This document shows, in pieces, positions 54,535 to 64,000 of a stretch of DNA of 64,000 nucleotides. Source of the stretch: Eledone cirrhosa (lineage: Eukaryota); NCBI GenBank assembly GCA_964016885.1, contig OZ024747.1, positions 51,274,001 to 51,338,000 on the forward strand, read 5' to 3'. The stretch's first letter is position 1. Each line of letters begins with the position of its first letter. Position numbers and translations under genes: made by a program. The notes beneath the pieces were generated by a model, which searched no databases, was not told the DNA's origin, and saw only the letters and a program-made list of their open reading frames with translations.

Positions 54535-55440
54535 CCACACACAGACATACACGCTCACACAAACACACACACACAAACTCACACACACACAGACAAACAC
54601 ACACACACACGGACTCACATACACACACAGACAGACAGACAGACTCACACACTCACACACACAAACAAACACACACACACACTCACACAGACATATACGC
54701 TCACACAAACACACACACACAAACTCACACACACACAGACAAACACACACAGACAAACACACACACACACGGACTCACATACACACACACACAGACAGAC
54801 AGACTACCACACACACACACACAAACAAACACACACACACACACACTCACACAGACATACACGCTCACACAAACACACACACACACAGACAGACTCACAC
54901 ACACACAGACACACACACACACAAAGACACACACACACGCATACATATATATGTCCGTGTTTGTGTGCATATGTGTGCGTCTCTATTAGTGTGTATATGT
55001 GTGTGTATAGCTGTGTGTACATGTGTATATGTATGTGTGTGTATATCTATGTATGTCTGTGTTATTGTGTATATGTATTTGCGTATGTGTGTGTATGTGT
55101 GTCTGTGTGTGTATATGCGTGTGTATGTGTGTCTGTGTGTTTATATATGTGTGTATGTCTGTGTTAGTGCATATGTGTATGTCTCTGCATGTATGTCTGA
55201 GTGTGTATGTCTGTGTTAGTGTGTGTATGTGTTTGTGTATGTGTGTGTATGTGTCTGTGTGTGTATATATGGGTGTGTATGTGTGTTTGTGTGTGTATGT
55301 CTGAGTGTGTATGTCTGTGTTAGTGTGTGTATGTGTTTGTGTATGTGTGTGTATGTGTCTGTGTGTGTATATATGGGTGTGTATGTGTGTCTGTGTGTGT
55401 ATGTCTGAGTGTGTATGTCTGTGTTAGTGTGTGTATGTAA
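54320..55440. repeat. (CA)n- and (GT)n-derived compound repeats
   Basis: Direct inspection. Confidence 0.9.
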
Positions 55441-55623
55441 TTGTAGACAATTTCATATCATAAGCAATTTTCATATTTAAATAGTTATTCTTAGAATCTC
55501 CTATATTTTCCTACCCCTTCCCTTTAATGTGCTAATTGCAACAACTTTTCACTCCTTTCCATGTCCCCCATGTTTATCGTATACTTAATTCCACCCAATA
55601 ACACAGACACATAAACACACACA

Positions 55624-55722
<99 letters not shown>

Positions 55723-55862
55723 GCAAAAGTTATATTTAATTTGTTGGGATTCAACAAGCTTAAAATTTTATATCTGATTTAAAGCACTCAACAGTTTACT
55801 GGAGTAAATATTCAATATATTAATATATTAATAAATGGAAACTATATTTATAAAACCATAAT

Positions 55863-55922
55863 TATTTTATTATATATGTTTCAAGGGCAACCAATTTTGG
55901 TGCGCTTTCATCAGATAAAATA
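55863..55922 (-). ncRNA. Type I hammerhead ribozyme
   Basis: tattttat CTGATGA aagcgcacca aaat tggttgccctt GAAA catata TA ataaaata. Confidence 0.78.
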
Positions 55923-56037
55923 CAAAATTTGTTATATAAATGTTGACATACCTGCAGAAAAACAAACTATCCAGCGAACCTCCATCCGTCAACGTTGTTT
56001 TTCTGCGGGTATGTCAACATTTATAAAACATATTTTG

Positions 56038-56103
56038 TATTTTATCTGATGAAAGCGCACCAAAATTTGCATTGGTTGCTCTTGAAATATATATAATAAA
56101 ATA
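56038..56103 (+). ncRNA. Type I hammerhead ribozyme
   Basis: tattttat CTGATGA aagcgcacca..tggttgctctt GAAA tatata TA ataaaata. Confidence 0.85.
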
Positions 56104-56151
56104 ATTATGGTTTTATAAATATAGTTTCCATTTATTAATATATTAATATAT

Positions 56152-56194
<43 letters not shown>

Positions 56195-56199
<5 letters not shown>

Positions 56200-56390
56200 A
56201 ACCAGTAAGACCCCGACGGCTGAGCTCAAGCCGTTTCGACGGCTAATTCTGAGTCCAGAATTAGCCGTCGAAACGGCTTGAGCTCAGTCGTCGGGGTCTT
56301 ACTGGTTCCTATTACCCACTCTACTACCCTAAGTATTGAGTACTTTGGTGCGTTATGGTCCACCTGGTTCCTTACCACATTTCCTTCGTT
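56195..56390 (+). mobile_element. Family A palindromic element, second copy
   Basis: 56-bp arms 56195-56250/56257-56312, loop gagtcc; tail identical to 2855-2936. Confidence 0.85.
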
Positions 56391-56414
56391 ATATATATAT
56401 ATATATATATATAT

Positions 56415-56550
56415 GCAGATACCAGATTTGTGTCGGGGTATAACCACAGATAGAAAAGGTACTCAATACTCAATACATTGGTAGAGTTGGGATATATTTA
56501 TTATATATAGAAATGAATTCTACAGGCGTAGAACTGTTTCATTCCTATGA
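56415..56550 (-). mobile_element. Family C terminus remnant
   Basis: tcggggtataacc..actcaatacatt..agaaatgaattctacagg..gaactgtttcattcc. Confidence 0.55.
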
Positions 56551-56783
56551 AATGCGAACATATAAAGATATATACGTTTAAATTTGGTGGTTTACTTCTG
56601 GGTACAATTGGACATTCTGCAATGTTAATCATGATATAATGGTAGCAAAGCACTCGACGTTACACAACTCAACCATCTTTGATGGTGAATCCTGCTGGTG
56701 TTTTGGGAACGGTGTTAAATATATTATATAGTAAAATGACAGGTGGGTGGGCAGATTGAATTCTCTTAATTATTTATTTTTGC

Positions 56784-56843
56784 AAACACTATGCACATTT
56801 TAATGGTCAGGTTGCGTAAGAACCTGGTGACATCTTCAGGTGT
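56784..56843 (-). ncRNA. Degenerate hammerhead
   Basis: acac CTGAAGA tgtcaccaggtt..aacctgaccatt AAAA(G>A) tgtgca TA gtgt. Confidence 0.5.
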
Positions 56844-57094
56844 ATATAGCACAATAATTGTATACCAAAGGAATGATGGTAAACACATTCCAAGGGGTTT
56901 TAAAGAAACAAGAAAAGAAAAAAATAGAGAAGAATAAAAGTGTTTTTGTTTTTGATTCAAGAGGATAATGGAAGCCTGTTGTTATTTTGGCTCGCCGACT
57001 CAGAGACATTTCCACACACAAACCGTCGCCCACGCACACACACTTACGCTCACACATGCACACACACACACGCACACACAAACACAGACTCACA

Positions 57095-57189
<95 letters not shown>

Positions 57190-57529
57190 TTAGGAAAATT
57201 AACAAAGAGAAGACAAGACAACGAACGAAAACAAGGCAAAAGGCAAAACAATGTTTTAAAGGGGTCACCTTAAAAAAAATGTTTAAAAAAAATAAAAATA
57301 CAAACGGAAGACCGGTCTCCACGGTAATCGGCCGGTGAGAATGACTTTGTGAACGGTACTGCTGATACACCCGGGTCACATCATTTGACACAAGCCAATC
57401 CATTGTCCAGTGGAGTAAGAGACAAGAGAAAACATTAACTTATAGCAATTAAGATATAACAAGTACACATAGAATTTTATGTGACGCCAGGGAAAAAAAT
57501 ATGGTTCCTTTTATAGCATATACATTATT

Positions 57530-58200
57530 TGACCACTGTATCACGTGTTAATTCCTCCCTCCGCCTCTCCAGATTTGCTCACTTGCTACGGGCGCGTCAA
57601 GAATCAGTCCTTTTTCCCTAAGGGGTCTCTTGATAAGCCTTATCAACCTCACAGCGATGATGCATTTTTATAGTGCAGAAATCATTGCACACGGATTGGC
57701 GAAACTGCAATCGGGACTTTGAAGAAAAAATAGGTATATTTTTGTCTATTATTTCCTCATATTTTTTAATTTGATAAATAGCTCTGATTATTGAGTTATT
57801 TTAATTATTTTGATTATGTTAACTCTTTCGGACATCGAGCAAAAGTTGTTAAGGCGGACACTACACACACACACATATATATATGTATGAATATGTGTGT
57901 GTATTTCATTATTATATTGTCCCAAACTCCCTTATGGTCGAGTTAACAAGGAGTGTACTAACTGCTTTTCCTATAAAACACGTTATTCGCTCACTGTCCA
58001 CCTTACTACCCTTCAGTGACCACTGTATCACGTGTTAATTTCTCACTCCACCTCTCGAGAAATTCACTCTTGCTACGAAAGAAAGAGTCCTTTTCCCACA
58101 TGAATGATGCATTTTTATAGTGCAGATTTATTATACACGTATCGGCGAAACTGCAGTCGGGTATATTGTAGTCTATTATTTCCTCATATTTTGTAATTTT
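57530..58200 (+). repeat. Two diverged direct repeats (57530-57775, 58017-58200)
   Basis: tgaccactgtatcacgtgttaatt..ggcgaaactgca(a/g)tcggg..gtctattatttcctcatattt occurs twice. Confidence 0.8.
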
Positions 58201-58215
58201 ATATATATATATATA

Positions 58216-58386
58216 ATAAGAAACAGAGAATCAGTGGTGCGACAAATAAGATTTATGTCTAATAAATCTTATTCGTCGCACCACTGATTCTCCGTTTCTT
58301 ATGTGATATTATACTCTGCTATGTGAGAGCATCGAGTGCTCAAACGGCATACCGCTTACGGACGCTTTAAGCATTCCACACCAATT
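58216..58386 (+). mobile_element. Short palindromic PLE-like terminus (K-related)
   Basis: 41-bp arms 58216-58256/58262-58302; tail ctctgct..tcgagtgct..ggcataccgc. Confidence 0.75.
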
Positions 58387-58441
58387 ATATATATATATTT
58401 CGTTTCTGAATTTGTTTAGCAAGATTCATCTCCCAAAGTAT

Positions 58442-58538
<97 letters not shown>

Positions 58539-58563
58539 CACACACACATATATATATGTATAT

Positions 58564-58652
<89 letters not shown>

Positions 58653-59144
58653 TATATATATATATGTGTGTGTGTGTCTGTGTGTGTGTATGTAAAAGGA
58701 AAACAGAAATAACAACGCAATCGGTAGAGTATATGGAAGGAATATATTAAATTAATGCTTGTAATATCAGGAAGAGGGTCTTAACGTTTCGAACGCTAGT
58801 CCTTCATCGGGAGAAAGAATGAAAAACTAGAATGATTGAAGGGACGGGCAGAGCGGGTTCGGAAGAAATATTTTTAGAGAAAAATAACAGGTCCATTCAT
58901 GTTGCTATTTCCTGGAAAACTGTTGATGCTGGCGTTTTTAGTATGATATACCTTTTTAGAAAACTGGATGATAGAGCGCGACTATCTGAAAAAAAAAACA
59001 AAAAAACGTTTTGTATATTGAGCTATACCTGTGCGTCTGCGTATATATATATATATGTATCAAGGGCGGTGCCCCAGCATGGCCTCAGCCGGATGGCTGG
59101 AACAGGTGAAAGAGTAAAAGAGTAATATATATATATATATATAA

Positions 59145-59277
59145 AACGAACGAGGTGTGATAAGGAACCTGATGGACCATAACGCACCAGAGTATTCAAT
59201 ACTTAGGGTAGTAGAGTGTGTAATAGGGAAAAAGTTTGACCCCGACGGCAGAGCTCAACCCGTTTCGACGCCTATTT

Positions 59278-59279
<2 letters not shown>
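59145..59279 (-). mobile_element. Diverged family A copy without the inverted arm
   Basis: Reverse complement of the tail plus half-HHR, ending at the stem II loop position. Confidence 0.75.
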
Positions 59280-59337
<58 letters not shown>

Positions 59338-59987
59338 GTGTAAGCTGTCGAAACCACAGTGCTAACAGGTAAATATCCGAAGATGAATCGATTTGTATTT
59401 TGTTTGGTCTTATATTTTGGTCTTCGACGTTATTCAAATTATCTGACCCCTCTGCCAATCCACAATCTTACGAGGGAGTCTCTATTTGTTTGTTTATTTA
59501 TTTATTTTTTTCTTTTAAACATGCCATGATGCATTTGCATGAATATCTGACCAATTTATTTCTGTGTAGAACATTGAGGTTAGCAGAGAGAGTAGAATAT
59601 GAGAAACGACTTTTATATCTGTTGAAACAGATTCAGATCTGTGCAAGAAAGTTACAGTAAAATTTTACAAACCATCCAGACAAGTGGTTGCCACCCTTTA
59701 CTTTATTATGGCCCTTTTTTATTTACATAAGTTTTCCTACAAGGCACTATTACTCCCCTGTACTACTGAAAATTAGAAAATGCAATGGTTTTTTTCTAGA
59801 GATGTTTGGATATCCAATAGCATGTCCATACCATGTATATAACACATTACTTAGCTCATTGTCCCCAGTTTGGGGAACCGCTGCGCCTGACCAATCCTAA
59901 CGGGTAAAATAATCTGTATGTTTCAGTAATTGATAACAACAACAATGAACGTCACCTATTTAGTTTGTATTATTATAGGGTCGATAG

Positions 59988-60652
59988 GGGCGGTGGATTG
60001 GCAGTATTGGTAGAGGGTCGGACGCCATGCTTTGACGCATAGAGTTACGGCCCTTGCCATTCTGAGTTCAAATCCCGCCGAGGTTAACTTTGCCTTTCAT
60101 CCTTACGGGGTCGATAAAATAAAGTACCAGTAATGCACTGGGATAATTGCTGGCCTTGTGCCAAACGTTGAAACAAATATTATAGGGTCGATAAAATAAA
60201 GTACCAGTAATGTACTGGGTTATTGCTGGCCTTGTGCCAAAAGTAGAAACAATTATTATAGTGGATTGGCAGTATCGGTAGAGGGTCGGACGCCATGCTT
60301 TGACGCAAAGAGTTACGGCCCTTTCCATTCTGAATTCAAATCCCGCCGAGGTTAAATTTGCCTTTCATCCTTACGGGGTCGATAAAATCAAGTACCAGTA
60401 ATACACTGAGATAATTGCTGGCCTTGTGCCAAAAGTAGAAATAATTATTATAGTAAGGGCAGTGGATTGGCATTATCGGTAGAGGGTCGGACACCATGCT
60501 TGTAACATAGAGTTACGTCTCTTTACAGTCTGAGTTCAAATGCCGCCGAGGTTAAATTTGCCTTTCATCCTTGCGGGGTCGATAAAATAAAGTACCAGTA
60601 ATACACATGAGATAATTGCTGGCCTTGTGCCAAAAGTAGAAACAATTATTAT
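59988..60652 (+). mobile_element. Head-to-tail cluster of four SINE copies
   Basis: Units ~59988-60180, 60184-60258 (3' part only), 60260-60450, 60455-60652. Confidence 0.92.
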
Positions 60653-61537
60653 AGTAATATATACTGATTAAATCATGGTTATTGTTAAGGGGAGCTTTCG
60701 TGAATTAGGAATGAGGAATTAGGAAGGTCAACTTGTATTTTCTAAAGCAGATCTCGAAGCAGGTTCTCTGGGAAGGAGCTCACCGACATATGGTCACGCC
60801 GCCAGTCGTCACGGGTGTGATAATCAATAAGTTCTTGCTACGGTTTAGAAAGAAAAGAAATTAGTGGAGTGTTACTTAAGTGTCTATTGACAGTAAATTA
60901 TAGAGTGGCAGCTTAGAGCTAGATTACGGGTGGCTTTTCCTAACCATACAAATTGATTTAAAGTGGCAAGTATACTCTTAAGAGTGATTATGGATGCTAA
61001 ATATAAAGGCTACTTGATTGCAGTTAAGTAGGGTTTACATTAACACTCTTCGTTGTTTTCGTTTCTCTGGTGAAGTTATATTGAAGATATATTGGTCAAC
61101 GTATAGTACTCTATCATCTGTAGGTTGTTTCCTGTCTCTTTGTCAATAGTTTGTATATCTGAACGAAGAATGGGTGGAGATGATCTCGTCAGCTCCTGGT
61201 ATTATATTGACAATCTGCTGCATTTGACACTAGTCGATGCGAAATATTGTGAGCGACCAAGTATAATGTCTTAAGTTCAGAACAAAGTGACAGGGTCAAG
61301 TGAAGCAAATCTCTGAGTCTAAATGATTTGTCTACGAATTTGCTGTTGAACTGAGTGATTTATTTAGGAGATTGATTTATTTCAGAATCAACTGAACTAG
61401 TCCTGTTTGGGTTGTTTCCCTTTGTAATTGCTCATAGATACTTCCGGTATCGTAAGATAACAGAAATGCAGGCTGGCATCGAATACTTACCATTACTACC
61501 ATTTTATACATGCATTTTATTACTTCCCTACATCTAG

Positions 61538-61921
61538 GGTGGTGAACTGGCAGAATCATTAGATCACTAGAGAAAATGCTTTGTGGCATTTAGTTACGAC
61601 TCTTTAAGTTCTACGTTCAATTCCTGCCCAAATCAATTCTACCTTTCATCTTTCCGTAGTCGATAAAATAAAATACCAATTAAGTACTCGGGTCGGTACC
61701 ATCGAGTTTAGCCTTCTCAAAATTGCTGGTCTTATGCTAATGCTAGAAATAATTGTTTCTACTTTTGGCACAAGGCCAGCAATTATCCCAGTGTATTACT
61801 GGTACTTTATTTTATCGACCCCGTAAGAATGAAAGGCAAAGTTAACCTCGGCGAGATTTGAACTCAGACCATAAAGGGCCGTAACTCTTTGCTGCAAAGC
61901 ATGGCGTCAGACCCTCTACCG
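61538..61921. mobile_element. Old plus-strand SINE with a younger minus-strand SINE (61751-61921) inserted in its tail
   Basis: gctaatgctagaaataat duplicated on both sides of the younger copy. Confidence 0.85.
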
Positions 61922-62274
61922 GCTAATGCTAGAAATAATGATTTTACTATATCTGGTTGGTAAGTACTAGAACATATACAATGAGAACATACATTTAAAT
62001 GTGTTCACCAGACACTGGAATATGTGGATAAAGTGTTAACTTCATTAATTAAGTGACGTGTTTCATAAGTAACATGGTCATCAAAAGGTTTAATCATTGC
62101 CTAACGAAATATATCATACATATTGGAATCTATAAGTACTTTCGTCATTGAGTGCACCATCTACGACATTTCTGAGAGCTAGAAAATGTGAATTCAAGAA
62201 TGAAAGCATCTAGATAGTTAATATAATATATATAAGAAAACCTATTGTTTGTGTAATATTTTTTGTTTCACATT

Positions 62275-62790
62275 GTCATACCACCATAACCACTAGACCA
62301 ACAAGGAAATATTACCACCACACAACCACCAACACTAGGTCCCAACTACAACACACCCGGTACACCTACATTACCACCACAATACTGCCATTAACACAAA
62401 TAGACCATAGCCATAATGCCGCCATTACAATACTAGCACCACCATCACCACCGCTACCACCATACACCACAACCCCCACAAGAACCACCACCACCACCAC
62501 CACCACCACCACCACCACCACCACCACCACCACCACTATCATCACAAGACTATCACTACAATACCTTCACTTCGACTAGAATACCACTACATTACAACCC
62601 CTACACCAGCACCACTGTAACAACAACACCATCGTAACGCCACCACTAACAACAGCACACTATCACTTTCAGACTACCACTACTATGCCACCACCACCAC
62701 CACCACCACAACAACAACAATCGCCCTCACCACACCAGCACTACAATCTCACCACTAGACCAGCACTTCAATAGCCCCACCGTCGCCTTG
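62275..62790. repeat. (ACC)n low-complexity repeat
   Basis: Direct inspection. Confidence 0.85.
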
Positions 62791-63462
62791 TTTTACTCTA
62801 TGTTGGTAGCAATGAGGTCAGATTAAACCGCTGCGATTTTTATTTGGCAACTCTTCAAAATTCGGTCAGAGCTAAGTCACTGAGCGGTCAGTAGCTCACA
62901 AAAGCCTTTATTCTGCACATGCGTACTTTATATTGCACGAGCACTGGCACACATATACATATGTGTGTATGTTTGAAGGGGGCTGTAAGTATATATATAT
63001 ATACATAAACATACACACTCATGTATATAAATGTAATCACATTTAAATATATGTATTTTTTTTTTTTTTATACGCATAAGTAAACACAGATACGCACGCA
63101 TATATATATATATGTGTGTCTGTATGTGTGCGTGTGCGTGTGCGTGTGCGTGTGCGCGCGCGTTTAAAAGTAAGTTTTGTGTTTATATATATATATATAT
63201 GAATGTGAAGGGAGGGGTGAGAGGAGGAGTGGAAGAGGAGGAGGGAACCCTGTGAGAGGGAGGAATAACATTTTATATTTGTCTGCCCTGTGTGTATTGT
63301 TTCCGTCTGTATGAGCTTGTGCGCATGCGTATGTTTATTTCTTACTGGGGTGTACGTATGTAGGGAGGGCGACATATTTTTGTGTCCTTCCTAGATTTTT
63401 AGTAATGCAAACACAAATTTAGTTGCCCGTTTCCTCTCTCATTCTCCTTTATATATATTTTG

Positions 63463-63540
<78 letters not shown>

Positions 63541-63689
63541 TTACACCCGCACATATATAGGGTGAAATCCTTCGTTCAATTAAGGGTTCTCAATTCAGAT
63601 TGTCTCTGTCAACATAGCCTAGTTTGTCTATTTCTGTGAAACAAAAACACATAGTTACTGTAAAAGCTCTCTGTAAATCATATGCAGAC

Positions 63690-63990
63690 AATACGGTAAC
63701 ACCTTTAATTAATCAGGTTGTGAGTTCGATTCTCGGACCGGTTAAAGCGCTGTGTTCTTGTGGAAGACACTTTATTTCATGTCGCTCCACTTTACTCAGG
63801 CGTAGAGAGGAATAGTGACGTCATTGGTGCCAAGCTGTATCAGGCTTAGCCTTTCCCTTGGACATCATCGGTGGCGTGGAGAGGAGCCTTTCCCTTGGAC
63901 ATCATCGGTTGCGTGGAGAGGGGAGACTGCTATTCTTCCACAAACAACCGTTCCCGGACTCATGCTTCGGAGAACATTCTAGGTGCAAAT
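63690..63990 (+). mobile_element. tRNA-derived SINE related to 38243, with a ~37-bp internal duplication
   Basis: gagttcgattctc B-box; ctgtgttcttgtggaagacactttatttcatgtcgctcc. Confidence 0.6.
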
Positions 63991-64000
63991 CCTAAGGCCA

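Larger units (their letters stand above)
55722..56153 (-). mobile_element. Family E palindrome with an HHR on both strands
   Basis: Arms ~55813-55962/~55997-56153; reversed tail 55722-55808. Confidence 0.85.

Noticed and set aside
60690-61440. Possible LINE coding relic
   Set aside because: Could not read any diagnostic motif in any frame.

Overview
AT-rich eukaryotic (animal) intergenic or intronic DNA dominated by microsatellites and transposon debris. The tRNA/Nin-domain SINE family and overall repeat content suggest an octopus/cephalopod (inference). No complete host gene is visible, and most listed ORFs are simple-repeat artefacts. Recognisable coding remnants: a Tx1/L1-type LINE 3' end in (TATC)n (10.2-11.3 kb), a CR1/L2-type RT relic (14.4-15.5 kb), an R4/Dong-type RLE LINE in (TAA)n (31.8-33.3 kb), an RTE relic (39 kb) and three Penelope-like element (PLE; Naiad/Neptune-type RT and GIY-YIG) fragments (34-36.9, 47.3-48.9, 50.3-50.7 kb). 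The most striking structure is about a dozen short palindromic inserts in (TA)n tracts, from several sequence families. They carry complete or half type-I hammerhead ribozymes (HHR) and a tail with a shared ACTC..(T/C)GAGTGCT-like motif. Several fold back in or next to HHR stem II. One family shows flip/flop loop isomers with co-varying arms, and one has 159-bp perfect inner arms inside diverged outer arms. Everything was read by eye, so boundaries are approximate.
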